Source of the DNA: Planctomycetota bacterium
Lineage (GTDB): Bacteria > Planctomycetota > UBA11346
DNA length: 64,000 nucleotides
Assembly (NCBI GenBank): GCA_013696105.1
Contig: JACCZE010000336.1
Coordinates: forward strand, 7,865-71,864
Direction of reading: 5' to 3'
Positions within the stretch are counted from its first letter, which is position 1. Each line of letters begins with the position of its first letter. Of this stretch, positions 1 through 9,963 are shown in pieces. A model generated the notes under the pieces. That model did no database searches. It worked only from the letters and a program-made list of their open reading frames with translations, and was not told the DNA's origin. The position numbers were made by a program, and so were the translations under genes.

Positions 1-1637
1 CGTCGGCGGGATTGTCGAGGTTGCGGTAGATGAAGAACGGCCCGGGAGGACGTTCGGGATCCGGCCCGGAAGCCAGCCACGCGTTGTAGTTCGCCGCCAT
101 CTCCGCTTCGCTCAGTGGAGTCAGCCAGATCTGGCGGTTGCTCTGGTTGTAGAACAGCGCCGCACCGAGCGCGAGGTCGTCGCGCCAGAAGCGGCCTTGC
201 CAATCGAGACCGACGGCATGGATGGTCTCGGCGCCCAGATCCGGGTCGCTGGCGAAGTAGTATTCGCTGATGCGGCTCTCGATCGGCGTGGGCAGCCGGT
301 AACCGCTCGAGTACGACAGCAGCACGAACGAGTCGGTGTCGGGTGCGACGTTGAGCGCGACGCGTGGCGAGAGGTAACCTCCGAACTCGCTGTGCCGATC
401 GTAGCGTACGCCACCGGTAGCGATCGCATCGGCGAGCATCCGGTACTGGGCTTCGGCGAACAGTGCCCGATTGGTGGTGTCCACCTGGGTCCACGTCGAG
501 CGGTCGCGATAGATCCCACCGCGCCCCCACAGGTTCGAGCGCGATCGCCAGCGGTCGTATTCCCCGCCGACGCTCAGGCTGCCGGTGCTCGCGGAGATGG
601 CATCGATCTGCGCGCGCGTGTTGTCCTGGCGGTTGATGAATCCCGCTTGGGTATAGCGGAACGCTTCTGAGGGGACGAACACGGTCTTCTGCGTCTGATA
701 AACCTTGTCGGAGCGGTGATGCAGGTGGCGCAGATGCAGGACCGGTCCCTCGAGCGAGGCGATGACGTCGTCATCGCGGAAGCGCGTGTCGTTCGACCCG
801 GCATCGAGATCGTCGACGAACTCCCAGTGCCGCACGTCGTGCCACTCGTAGCGAGCCTCCAGACGGTGATCGAACGGCATGCGCGCGCCGAGAGTCGCAT
901 GCGCGCGCCGTGCCACCAGATCCGCGTCCCCGGAATCGCCGGTATGCGGGTCCGGAACGTGCCCGAGTCCGCTGTCAACCGCGGGCAGGTCGCCCAGCCG
1001 CGTCGCACCGGCTCCGACCTTGTAGTACAGGATCGGGCCCAAGGGCCCGCGGGCCGACGCATCGACCTCCTGGTGCAGCGGCGTGCCGAGGGCGGCCAGC
1101 GCATGCACCTGGTGGGTACGCGATGGACCGCGACCACGGATGGCGATCACCCCGCCGAACGCATTCGCGCCATAGCCGACCGCGCTCGGACCCTTGATGA
1201 TCTCGACGCGCTCGATGTCGCTGAGATCGATGGTGCCACGCCAGATCACCGAGCCGAACTCCTCCTGCTTGAATTCGCGTCCATCCACGACGACCAGCAC
1301 GCGGTTGTTGAGCAGGCCGTCATAGCCGCGCATGCCCACGTCGAACTGACCGTGACGCGCCTGGTACACGTCGATGCCGGCGATGTAGCGCAGGCGGTCG
1401 GGCAGGGTGATCGCCGGCGTCCCCGTGAGGTCGCGCTCGTCGAGCACCACCACCGCCTGCGGCGCGGTCTCGACACGTTGGCGCCGCCGCGACACCGCCT
1501 CGACCCAGCGGTGCTCATCGACCAGAGCGGTGTCTTCGACCGGAGAGAGCGGCGCCGGCGCCTCGGCAGCACCCAGGCACGATGCGGCGCCGATCACCCA
1601 TGCCACTGCCGATATGCGTGGGCGTCCATCGAGCATC
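1..1637 (-). CDS. TonB-dependent outer-membrane receptor; start codon at 1637, C-terminus runs off the window edge
   Basis: Minus-strand translation from the ATG at 1637 gives a signal-peptide-like N-terminus (MLDGRPRISAVAWVIGAASCLGAAEA). The plug-domain signature IEVIKGPSAVGYGANAFGGVIAI is at about 1140-1210. The barrel region continues to nt 1 with no stop. It is absent from the ORF track because it has no in-window stop. Confidence 0.8.
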
Positions 1638-1700
1638 CCCGCGTTGTGGCCATCCCATCCCCCGCGTCAACGTTCCCCCGATCATCTGCGGCCAGCGGAC

Positions 1701-1764
1701 ATCGAGCCGCGACAAAGCCCGGGGGTAGGCGCGCCCGCGCCGTAGGGGCGACAGCCCCTGCACA
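1701..1764. repeat. 64-bp GC-rich structured repeat, copy A (REP/MITE-like)
   Basis: The sequence atcgagccgcgacaaagcccgggggtaggcgcgcccgcgccgtaggggcgacagcccctgcaca recurs at 1846-1909. It also recurs, inverted and about 95% identical, at 4437-4502. It contains the stem-loop ggggc-gaca-gcccc. Confidence 0.75.
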
Positions 1765-1821
1765 AACAGCGGGCGCCGAGCGGCGGTGGCGGCATACAAT
1801 TGGCGAAGCCAATGCCGCCAC

Positions 1822-1848
1822 GATCAGGACTGCTCTGCAGTCCTGATC
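1822..1848. repeat. Perfect 12-bp inverted repeat with a 3-nt loop (gatcaggactgc tct gcagtcctgatc) between the two direct repeat copies
   Basis: Seen directly in the sequence; it is part of the composite repeat element. Confidence 0.8.
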
Positions 1849-1909
1849 GAGCCGCGACAAAGCCCGGGGGTAGGCGCGCCCGCGCCGTAGGGGCGACAGC
1901 CCCTGCACA
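1846..1909. repeat. 64-bp structured repeat, copy B (direct copy of 1701-1764)
   Basis: Identical to copy A over 64 bp. It is followed at 1912-1929 by the GNRA-tetraloop hairpin caggggc-gaaa-gcccctg. Confidence 0.75.
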
Positions 1910-1911
1910 GA

Positions 1912-1929
1912 CAGGGGCGAAAGCCCCTG
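1912..1929 (-). terminator. GNRA-tetraloop hairpin (caggggc gaaa gcccctg) immediately 3' of the minus-strand gene ending at 1933; possible terminator or mRNA-stabilising REP stem
   Basis: A perfect 7-bp GC stem with a GAAA loop lies 3 nt past the stop codon. No U-tract follows, so it is not a canonical intrinsic terminator. Confidence 0.35.
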
Positions 1930-1932
1930 AGA

Positions 1933-2520
1933 TTAGAGATCCTCCTGCTCGCCGAGCGTTTCCGACAGCCAGCGCAGGACCTCGTGCAGCGCCGGCACGC
2001 CCAGCCGACGCCACGGGCCGATGACGCGGTAGAATGCCGTCTCTTCGAGCAGCGACGCGTCGCGTTCGCGCGCCAGCTCGACCAAGTGCGGGGCGGTGAT
2101 CTCCATGACCTCCGCGAGTGCGACGAGATCGGTGATGATGTCCCCAGTGGTCGCCTCCTGGTCGAGATCGACCGCCGATTCCAGGCGCCGGTACGAGGTC
2201 GACAGGTGGATGCGCGTGAACCAGTCTTCGAGCCGGAGCCGCCACAGCCGGGCGATCTCGCGCCCATCGACCTCGAGCGCGCGGGCCTCTCGCCGCTCCC
2301 GGCTCTCCTGCGGCGCCATGACGAAGTGGAGGAGCCGGTTCTCGGCGCGATGGAGCTGCAGCTTGACCATCGTCAGCTCCTCCTGCCACCGGCGGAAGCA
2401 CGCGGCGAATGCCGCGTCGCCGCTGTGGCACGCGTCGCCGATGTCGGCCAGCCACCGGCTCTGCGACAAGTACAGCGCAGCGAGGGCGCGCAGGAGCTCG
2501 TCGGCCAAGTGTTCGGACAT
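1933..2520 (-). CDS. Hypothetical protein, 195 aa, all-helical; possibly a DinB/YfiT-like four-helix bundle
   Basis: Track ORF with balanced, non-skewed composition (E/L/R rich), unlike the overlapping R/A/G/P-rich frames. No motif I can name with confidence. Confidence 0.55.
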   Translation of the reverse strand: MSEHLADELLRALAALYLSQSRWLADIGDACHSGDAAFAACFRRWQEELTMVKLQLHRAENRLLHFVMAPQESRERREARALEVDGREIARLWRLRLEDWFTRIHLSTSYRRLESAVDLDQEATTGDIITDLVALAEVMEITAPHLVELARERDASLLEETAFYRVIGPWRRLGVPALHEVLRWLSETLGEQEDL

Positions 2521-2650
2521 GGTCGCATGTTAGCGCCTTCACCACCAAGCACAGAGGCCTCCGGCCGTGCCTGCGAGCGCGCTGATCCGACGCCGCATCC
2601 GACCATGGTCGCCCCGGTAGCCATTTACGCCGTGGACCCTAGGCTCCGTC

Positions 2651-4288
2651 ATGACAGCGAAGGGCGGACCGTCCCCCGGAATCGAGGACCTGGTCGAGTC
2701 GTTGTCGCTGTGCGCAGACCGCGCCGAGTTCTACCGGCGGCTCGAGGTCGTGCTTGGTCACCTCCATGCCTTGCCAGCGATCCTCTACCTGCGCACCGGA
2801 GACCTGCTGCATGCGGTGGCGGGCTTCGAATGCTCGAGCGATGTCCCGCCGGTGCCGATCGATACCCTTCCGCGCGGTGGCGACCAGCCGGGCGAACTGC
2901 CAGCGAACCAGTTCCCGCTCATCGCGGGCGATGAGACCATCGGCCTGATCGCGGTCTTCGGTCGCGCACCGGGCGACGCCCAAGCCGTGCATCGGTACGG
3001 CGTGATCGTCGGCGCCACGCTCAGACACCTCGAGCGCAGCGAGGCGCTCGCGCGCGAACTGCAGGCGGCGCAGGAGCAGATCGGGCACCTCGTCGGAGCT
3101 GGACTCCTCCTTCACCACCTCGAGATCGACGTGCTGCTGGTGAAGACGCTCGAGTCGGTGCTTGGTGCGGTCCGCGCCCAGGTCGGCGCGGTGATGATCA
3201 CCGCAACCGACGCCGCAGCCGCTCGCTCCGCGACCTGGGGATTGCGCGAAGCGGCCGTGCAATCACTGCGCTACCGCAACGGGCAGCGGCTGATCGATCG
3301 CGTCCTGGCCGAGCAGGCGACGCTCGCATTCACCCGCGAGGAGCTGCGCGAATCGCTGATCACCGAGGGCCCGATGGTGCACCTCGGCGGGTTGCTGGCC
3401 GTACCCCTGACCGCGCGCGGGCGCAGCCTCGGCTTGGTGCTTTTGGGCAACATCCACGCCTTCACTCCGGGGCAGCGCCGGCTGGCGGAAACCCTCGCCG
3501 GATTCGCCGCGATCGCCCTGGACAACGCGGTGCTGGTCAAGGCCATGGTCGACAACGAGCGGTTGACCCAGGAGCTGTCGATCGCCCGCTCGGTGCAGGA
3601 GGGGATGTACCCGTTGACGGGCCTCGCGGTCGGCGGCGTGTCCGTCGAGGGATCGTCGCGGCCGTGCAATGAGACCGGGGGGGACTACTTCACCTTCCTC
3701 GAGCGCGAGGGTGAGGTCATCGCCATGGTCGGCGACGTCAGCGGACACGGTCTGGGCGCCGCGCTGTTCGCCACCATGGCGCACGCCATCGTCCAGCAGC
3801 AGCTGCATGCGGACGCGGATATCGCCGGCGCTTTCCATGTCCTCAACGAGGGACTGTGCCACGCCCAGAGCGGCCGCTTCATGACCGCGGCGCTGGTCGC
3901 ACTCGATCCGACCACCCGTGCATTCTCGTTCGTCTCGGCGGGACAGACCCCGCTTTTGTGGATCCACGACGGCGAGGTGCAATGGCTGGATAGCGGCGGC
4001 ATGCCGTTGGGCATCGTGCTCGACAATGTGCTGGTCGAGGATCCGCCGCGCCGGCTGTCGGCGGGGGACGTGCTGGTGCTCTACACCGACGGATTCATCG
4101 AGGCGTCCAATCCCGGCGGCGAGGCTTTCGGCGATGCGCGCCTCGCCGCGACCGCGCTCGAGGGGGTAGCTCTCGGACTCGGGCCCACCGAGCTGATGAT
4201 GCTGATCAATTCAGCGGTCGACGCCTGGTGCTCGGGACGCATCCACGAGGATGATCTGACGATGGTGGTGATCGCAGTCGCGGGATGA
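2651..4288 (+). CDS. GAF-domain-containing PP2C-type serine phosphatase (SpoIIE/RsbU family)
   Basis: The N-terminal two thirds are GAF-like. The C-terminal part has the SpoIIE/PP2C motifs ELSIARSVQEGMYP, GGDYF, GDVSGHG, DGFIEA and DDLTMVVI. Confidence 0.85.
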   Translation: MTAKGGPSPGIEDLVESLSLCADRAEFYRRLEVVLGHLHALPAILYLRTGDLLHAVAGFECSSDVPPVPIDTLPRGGDQPGELPANQFPLIAGDETIGLIAVFGRAPGDAQAVHRYGVIVGATLRHLERSEALARELQAAQEQIGHLVGAGLLLHHLEIDVLLVKTLESVLGAVRAQVGAVMITATDAAAARSATWGLREAAVQSLRYRNGQRLIDRVLAEQATLAFTREELRESLITEGPMVHLGGLLAVPLTARGRSLGLVLLGNIHAFTPGQRRLAETLAGFAAIALDNAVLVKAMVDNERLTQELSIARSVQEGMYPLTGLAVGGVSVEGSSRPCNETGGDYFTFLEREGEVIAMVGDVSGHGLGAALFATMAHAIVQQQLHADADIAGAFHVLNEGLCHAQSGRFMTAALVALDPTTRAFSFVSAGQTPLLWIHDGEVQWLDSGGMPLGIVLDNVLVEDPPRRLSAGDVLVLYTDGFIEASNPGGEAFGDARLAATALEGVALGLGPTELMMLINSAVDAWCSGRIHEDDLTMVVIAVAG

Positions 4289-4325
4289 GGGTGTCGGGTG
4301 GCCGCAGGTTCATATTCGGATGATG

Positions 4326-4346
4326 GCGGATAGCGGATAGCGGATA
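4326..4346. repeat. Tandem 7-mer (gcggata x3)
   Basis: Seen directly in the intergenic region between the phosphatase and the S41 peptidase. Confidence 0.7.
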
Positions 4347-4436
4347 GCTGGTCGCCTGCTGATCTCCGGATCGGATTCCGGTTGCGTGCCCTCGGTGCCG
4401 GACCGAGCGGTCGATGCGGTGGCCTCCCAGTCTGTT

Positions 4437-4589
4437 TGTGCAGGGGCTGTGGCCCCTACGGCGCGGGCGCGCCTACCCCCCGGGCTATGTCGCGGCTCGA
4501 TGTCGTCGGAAGCCTCCGACATCATGGCGGCATCGCCTGCGGCGATTGTATGCCGCCACCGCCGCTCGGCGCCCGCAGTTTGTGCAGGG
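4437..4589. repeat. Inverted, diverged copy of the composite repeat at 1701-1909 (core plus tail)
   Basis: 4437-4502 is the reverse complement of the 64-bp core with 3 differences. 4545-4589 is the reverse complement of 1757-1800 (attgtatgccgccaccgccgctcggcgcccgc...tttgtgcaggg). Confidence 0.75.
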
Positions 4590-4650
4590 ACAATGCCTTC
4601 CACCCCCAGGTGCACGGCGTACAGTCGACGGTCGCACAGAAAGGCTCCTC

Positions 4651-7482
4651 GTGGCACTGACGACACGCGCCGTGTTCCTGGCCCTCCTCTTCGCGCTCGG
4701 GTCGGGGACGTCCGCCCCGGGTGCGGATGATCCGGCTCCGTTCCCGGACATGGGCAAGGCCGTGTGCGAGCTGCTCAAGAAGCACTATTACGACCCCAAG
4801 CGATTCCACCCGCGCGTCATGGTCGAGCGCGCGCTGCGCGCCCTCGAGACCAGCGAGATGTCGATCGATACCACCTGGCTGGGCGAGAGCATCGTCCTGC
4901 ACATCGGCGACAGCCCCCGGCAGAAGGTCAATGCGCCCGAGCCGAAGGATGTCGACGAGGCGATGGCGATCATCGAGCAGGTGCGCATCCGCGTCGATGC
5001 CGCCGATTTCCCACCGGCGCGACGACGCGATCTCGACTACGTGCTGATGAACGGCGCGTTGCTGAGCCTGGATCCGCACACGCTGCTGCTGCCCCCCGAA
5101 CCGGCGAAGGAATTCAGCGAGGACATCCAGGGAGAGTTCTATGGCATCGGCGCCTACCTCGCCCAGGACGAGGGCGTGGTCACCATCGAACGCGTGATGC
5201 CCGGGCTCCCTGCTGATCGCGCCGGAGTCGAGGACGGCGACGTCATCCTCGGCATCGACAGCGAGAAGACCGCGGGGCTCAGCCTCGATCAGGCAGTGAA
5301 GCGCATCAAGGGCCCCAAGGGCAGCACCGTGATCCTGACCCTCGAGCGCAAGGGCGTTGCCGAACCCATCGACCTGCCGATCGTGCGCGATCTCGTGCAG
5401 GTGATCTCGACGCGCTCCTTCCGGACCGGCGATGTCGGCTACCTGCGCATGGACGATTTCAGCGCCAACACCGCGCACGAGCTGTATTCAGCGCTGCAAG
5501 AGCTGCAGCAGCCGGGTCCGCTCAAGGCGTTCGTGATCGACCTGCGCTACAACGGCGGCGGCCTGCTCGATCAGGCGAAGCTGATCAGCAATTTCTTCCT
5601 GCCCAAGGCGCGCGAGATCGTGCGCACAGTGACCAACGACGGCAAAGCCGATATCTCCAAGAGCTCGGGGAAGCCCATCCTCGGGGACGTGCCGATGGTG
5701 GTGCTGGTTTCCGGCGGCAGCGCGAGCGCGGCCGAGATCCTCTCAGGCGCGCTCCAGTGCAATGACCGCGCGGTGGTCGCCGGCACCACGACCTTCGGCA
5801 AGGGTTCGGTCCAGGCGGTCAAGCCGCTGCACGACGGCAGCAAACTCAAGCTGACCATCCAGGAGTACCAACTTCCCGGAGGCGTCTCGATCCAGGATGT
5901 CGGCGTCACTCCCGATCTGCGGCTCATTCGCCACAGCGTGCGCGAAGACGGCACCGTCGACCTGGTGCCGTTCACCCGTGAGCGCGAAGTGGATGACGAT
6001 TTCGCCCTCGAGAACAAGAAGCCGTACGAGCACAAGAGCACGTACGAGGTCGGTTGGGTCGCTCCGCACCTGACCAAGGACCAGCAGAAGCAATCGAACA
6101 TCTCGGCCCGCGATTTCCATCCCGACCAGGAATCGTCGCTGATACTGGATATCCTCGTGGATGCGGTCGCCCAGCCGGGCTACGCCGAGGACGCACTGGC
6201 CGCGCGCAAGGCCAACACGCTGCGCCAGTTCCTGCTCGAGCGCATGAAAGCGCCGGTCGCCAAGCGCTCCGAGATCGAGGCCCAGGCCCTCGCGACCCTG
6301 CTTTCAAAACGGTCGACTCCGATCGACTGGGGCGACAAATCGCTGGCCGCTTCCGGCTCGCTGACGCTCAGCTTCAACGGCCCCGCGACGCTCAATGCCG
6401 GGGATCCGGCTTCACTCTCGTTCACCATCGCCAACAGCGCCAGTACCGATACCGGCCGCCTGTTCGGCCTGGTGAAGGCGGACAAGATGAGCCCCTTCTG
6501 GGAAGAGGAGCTGCTCTTCGGCCAGGTTCCCGCCAACGGTTCGGCGACGGGCATCATGGCCTTCAAGGTGCCGCCGCGCCTGTACAGCGGGCAGGAGCGC
6601 TTCACCGTGGAGGTCTACTCCGATGGCGCGTCGGCTCCTTTGGCCAGCCTACCGGTCTCGGTCGAGGTGCGCAGCCTGCTGCGGCCGCACTTCAGCTATT
6701 CGTGGCGGCTCGACGAGCCCAGCGGCGACGGCCAGCTCGATCCGGGCGAAACGGCTCGGGTCCATCTGACCCTGCGCAACGATGGCGACGCCGCATCCTC
6801 GAAGGTGAAGCTGTACGTGTTCAAATCGGATGATCCCTACGTGCAGCTCGGTGAGGTGCGATTCACCTTCGACGCGGGCATCCCCATGGGAGGCGAAGTC
6901 ACCGCGAAGGTGCCCATCACCGTGCTCAAGGAGGTCAAGCGCGGCGGCGTCGCGGTGCCGTTCAGCGCCGAATCGGTCAAGCTGCAGGTACGCGCCGAGG
7001 AAGTGTTCCCCGACGACATCTCGGGTCTCTACCGTTCGACCTTGTTCAACACCATGACCATCCCGGTCGCTCAGCCGCTGGCAGAGGGACGGGTCGTCCA
7101 GCCCATGGTGGTGCTCGATGCCCTCGAGACTCAAGCCGACAACCGGCACAAGCTCCGGCTGAAGGTCACGGACGACAACCTCAAATTCATCTCGCTGTTC
7201 CAGGACGAGGACAAGGTCGATCTGGAATCCGCCGGCGTCCTGACCGCTACCGGACAGGACCGCGCCGACGCAGCGGTGAAATCGAGCGTCTATGAGACCT
7301 TCGTCACGTTGAAGCCGGGACTCAACACCCTGCGCATCGTCGCGATGGACCGGGACGACGTCACCGAGGTGCTGCCTCTGCGCGTCTGGGGTCCCGAGGT
7401 GGCCACGCCGCCGCGCACCGCCTCGACCACGCCGGTTCCGGCAGCGACGCCCGGATCATCGCCAGAGACCGCGGTTCCCTGA
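4651..7482 (+). CDS. S41 family C-terminal processing peptidase (Prc/Tsp-like) with PDZ domain and a long CARDB-like C-terminal extension
   Basis: Motifs FYGIGAYL, a PDZ GLPADRAGVEDGDVILGID, FVIDLRYNGGG, the Ser/Lys catalytic region VSGGSASAAEILSGALQ and TTFGKGSVQ. A GTG start at 4651 is preceded by AAAGG and followed by a signal-peptide-like LVALTTRAVFLALLFALG. The track ORF begins at 4414 inside the repeat; that N-terminal portion was rejected. Confidence 0.85.
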   Translation: MALTTRAVFLALLFALGSGTSAPGADDPAPFPDMGKAVCELLKKHYYDPKRFHPRVMVERALRALETSEMSIDTTWLGESIVLHIGDSPRQKVNAPEPKDVDEAMAIIEQVRIRVDAADFPPARRRDLDYVLMNGALLSLDPHTLLLPPEPAKEFSEDIQGEFYGIGAYLAQDEGVVTIERVMPGLPADRAGVEDGDVILGIDSEKTAGLSLDQAVKRIKGPKGSTVILTLERKGVAEPIDLPIVRDLVQVISTRSFRTGDVGYLRMDDFSANTAHELYSALQELQQPGPLKAFVIDLRYNGGGLLDQAKLISNFFLPKAREIVRTVTNDGKADISKSSGKPILGDVPMVVLVSGGSASAAEILSGALQCNDRAVVAGTTTFGKGSVQAVKPLHDGSKLKLTIQEYQLPGGVSIQDVGVTPDLRLIRHSVREDGTVDLVPFTREREVDDDFALENKKPYEHKSTYEVGWVAPHLTKDQQKQSNISARDFHPDQESSLILDILVDAVAQPGYAEDALAARKANTLRQFLLERMKAPVAKRSEIEAQALATLLSKRSTPIDWGDKSLAASGSLTLSFNGPATLNAGDPASLSFTIANSASTDTGRLFGLVKADKMSPFWEEELLFGQVPANGSATGIMAFKVPPRLYSGQERFTVEVYSDGASAPLASLPVSVEVRSLLRPHFSYSWRLDEPSGDGQLDPGETARVHLTLRNDGDAASSKVKLYVFKSDDPYVQLGEVRFTFDAGIPMGGEVTAKVPITVLKEVKRGGVAVPFSAESVKLQVRAEEVFPDDISGLYRSTLFNTMTIPVAQPLAEGRVVQPMVVLDALETQADNRHKLRLKVTDDNLKFISLFQDEDKVDLESAGVLTATGQDRADAAVKSSVYETFVTLKPGLNTLRIVAMDRDDVTEVLPLRVWGPEVATPPRTASTTPVPAATPGSSPETAVP

Positions 7483-7483
7483 C

Positions 7484-8473
7484 ATGCTCGCGCGACCGCG
7501 CCGCAATCGCGCATCCCCGGCGGTCCGCGCGTTGGTGCGCGAGACGACCCTCTCGACATCGCACCTGGTCCTGCCGCTCTTCGTCCAGGACGGCGAACAG
7601 TCCGAGACGCCGATACCGTCGATGCCGGGTCATGCCCGCCTCGGGATCGAGCGACTCGTTGCGCGCGCGCGCGCGGCGCATGCGCTCGGTATCCAGGCAG
7701 TGGCCCTCTTCCCCGCCCTGGCTGATGCCGCCAAGGATCCGCGCGCGACTCAGAGTGTGAATCCCGAGGGACTGCTCCAGCGGGCGGTGCGCGCGCTGAA
7801 GCGAGCCATCCCGGGCTTGCTGGTCATCACCGATGTGGCGATGGATCCGTATTCATCCCATGGACACGACGGTGTGGTCCACGGCGGTCGTGTGGTCAAC
7901 GACGATACGCTGCCCATCCTCGCCGCGATGGCGGTGGCTCAGGCGCGCGCAGGCGCCGATGTCGTCGCACCATCGGACATGATGGACGGGCGCATCCGCG
8001 CGGTGCGTGAGGCGTTGGACGCCGCGGGTTTCAGCGATGTCGGCATCTGCAGCTATTGCGTCAAATACGCGTCCGCGTTCTACGGTCCGTTCCGTGCGGC
8101 GCTCGATTCGGCGCCGCGTCCCGATGCCGACATCCCTGCCGACAAGACCACCTACCAGATGGACCCGGCCAACATCCGCGAGGCGCTGCGCGAGGTCGCG
8201 CTCGATGAAGCCGAGGGTGCGGACTGGCTGATGGTCAAACCCGGCTTGCCATACCTCGATGTCGTCGGCGCAGTACGGGCTGCGACCACGCTGCCAGTCG
8301 CCGCATACCACGTCAGCGGCGAATACGCGATGCTCAAGGCCGCCGCTGAGCGCGGGTGGCTCGACTTCGATCGTGCGCTGCTCGAGAGCTTGCTGTCGTT
8401 TCGCCGCGCTGGCGCCGATATCATCTTCACCTATGGGGCGATCGAAGCCGCGCGTCTGCTGTCAGCCAAGTGA
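7484..8473 (+). CDS. hemB: Porphobilinogen synthase (delta-aminolevulinate dehydratase)
   Basis: Classic HemB N-terminus RPRRNR..ALVRET.L....LVLPLFV.DG and conservation across its full length. Confidence 0.95.
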   Translation: MLARPRRNRASPAVRALVRETTLSTSHLVLPLFVQDGEQSETPIPSMPGHARLGIERLVARARAAHALGIQAVALFPALADAAKDPRATQSVNPEGLLQRAVRALKRAIPGLLVITDVAMDPYSSHGHDGVVHGGRVVNDDTLPILAAMAVAQARAGADVVAPSDMMDGRIRAVREALDAAGFSDVGICSYCVKYASAFYGPFRAALDSAPRPDADIPADKTTYQMDPANIREALREVALDEAEGADWLMVKPGLPYLDVVGAVRAATTLPVAAYHVSGEYAMLKAAAERGWLDFDRALLESLLSFRRAGADIIFTYGAIEAARLLSAK

Positions 8474-8534
8474 TGGAAGCGACGGGTCGAGGACCGGGAT
8501 ACGTTCCCGGGTAGATCCCGATCGGGCTTGCAGT

Positions 8535-9443
8535 CTAACCATCCAGGGCGCGATCCAGGCGTCCATCGCACGAGTCGAGCAGGGCTTCGGATCGTTCCCG
8601 GGTCAGGTTCCGACGATGCATGACGACCGCGGTCTTCACCGCACCGCCGGCGCGATCGAGCAGGAGGAAGGCGTCCGGGCGGGGAAGTCCGGTCAGGTCC
8701 GAGACGATGCGCGCCGCGCGGTCGCGGAGCTTGTCATTGGTCGCGCGCACATCGACCATCAGGTTCTGGTAGGTCTTGCCCAGGCGCACCATCAGCGTCG
8801 TCGAAATGGTGTTCAGCGTCAGCTTGGTCGCGGTGCCGGCCTTCAAACGGGTGGATCCGGTGAGGATCTCGGGTCCGGTCGCGAGCGCGATCACGTGATC
8901 GGCCTGCGATGCGGGCGGATCCTGCGTGCAGCAGATGAGCGCGGTGAGCGTGGCGGGGCACAGGCGCTTGGCATGCGCGAGGGCTCCGAGGGCGTAGGGG
9001 GTGCTGCCTCCGGCCGCGATGGCGATGACGGTATCGCGGCCATCGAGGTCCAGCGCGGCGAGCTCGGCAGCGGCGCCGTCGAACTCGTCCTCGCGTCCCT
9101 CGCTCGAGCGGCGTAACGAGGCGTCGCCACCGGCGATGATTCCGATCACCCGGTCCGCGCCGACCTGGAACGTCGGCGGAGCCTCCGAGGCATCGAGCAC
9201 TCCCAGCCGTCCGGACGTGCCCGCACCCACGTAGATCAAGCGGCCTCCGGCACAGAAGCGCGGCTCGGCAGCGTCGATCACAGCGATGGTCGCCGCTCGC
9301 GCGCCATCGATGGCGTCCAGCACGCGGCGATCCTCTGACCGCATCAGGTCGACGATGGCAGCGATGTCCATGCGATGCAGATCGATGCTGCGGGGATTGC
9401 GCCCCTCGGTCGGGATCGCGGCTCGATCGGGAGGAAGCGCCAT
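8535..9443 (-). CDS. murQ: N-acetylmuramic acid 6-phosphate etherase
   Basis: The SIS domain carries the MurQ signatures TEGRNPRSIDL, GAGTSGRLGVLDASE, GSTPYALGALA and GSTRLKAGTATKLTLNTIST. The start was moved to the internal Met at 9443 to match the MurQ N-terminus; the track ORF runs to 9725. Confidence 0.9.
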   Translation of the reverse strand: MALPPDRAAIPTEGRNPRSIDLHRMDIAAIVDLMRSEDRRVLDAIDGARAATIAVIDAAEPRFCAGGRLIYVGAGTSGRLGVLDASEAPPTFQVGADRVIGIIAGGDASLRRSSEGREDEFDGAAAELAALDLDGRDTVIAIAAGGSTPYALGALAHAKRLCPATLTALICCTQDPPASQADHVIALATGPEILTGSTRLKAGTATKLTLNTISTTLMVRLGKTYQNLMVDVRATNDKLRDRAARIVSDLTGLPRPDAFLLLDRAGGAVKTAVVMHRRNLTRERSEALLDSCDGRLDRALDG

Positions 9444-9561
9444 GTGCTGAGGACGGTACGCGTCAGGATCGCAGCTCCAGGGGTTGTATGGTCCGGGGCG
9501 GCGGTGCTGGACGACCCCGTGCACAACCATAAACCCCCATTCGCGAGGTCGTGTGCCGCCC

Positions 9562-9930
9562 ATGCCTGCCATCCTGATGGTCGACGACGATCCGAGCATC
9601 CTCATGGTCGGGAAGCTGATGCTCAAGAAGGCCGGCCATCGCGTCCTGACCGCTGGCTCTGGGACCGAAGCCCTGGCGATGCTCCAAGCGAACGACGTGT
9701 CGCTGGTCTTCCTCGATCTGATCATGCCCGGACAGGACGGGGTGCAGACCTTCCGCGCCTTGCGCGAGGCGAAGCCCGAGATCGCCGTGGTGATCGTCAG
9801 CGGACACGACGATGCGCGGTCGTCTGGCGAGTTCTCGACCCTCGGGGATCAGCCGGTGGGTTACCTGCAGAAGCCCTTCACGCTGCTGAGCCTGACCGCA
9901 GCGGCGCAGAAGTATTTCAAGCCAGGGTGA
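9562..9930 (+). CDS. Single-domain response regulator (CheY-like receiver, no output domain)
   Basis: MPAILMVDDDPSILMVGKLML...FLDLIMPG...VVIVSGH places the phospho-acceptor Asp in the DLIMPG context. The start was set at the Met at 9562. Confidence 0.8.
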   Translation: MPAILMVDDDPSILMVGKLMLKKAGHRVLTAGSGTEALAMLQANDVSLVFLDLIMPGQDGVQTFRALREAKPEIAVVIVSGHDDARSSGEFSTLGDQPVGYLQKPFTLLSLTAAAQKYFKPG

Positions 9931-9963
9931 CGGCTCGCGGTCGGGACTGCGCGGCCTAACTGC

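Noticed and set aside
716-1846. 376-aa plus-strand ORF
   Set aside because: It is antisense to the well-supported TonB-dependent receptor, and its product is R/A/G/P-rich low complexity, a typical GC-rich antisense artefact.
1682-2934. Overlapping long ORFs (288 aa minus, 316 aa plus, 147 aa minus) around the 195-aa gene
   Set aside because: They run through the repeat elements or antisense to the chosen gene, and their composition is skewed (R/A/P/G). Only the 1933-2520 frame has protein-like composition.
4414-4650. N-terminal 79 codons of the 1022-aa track ORF for the S41 peptidase
   Set aside because: This portion lies inside the inverted repeat element. A GTG at 4651 with an AAAGG RBS gives a proper signal peptide.
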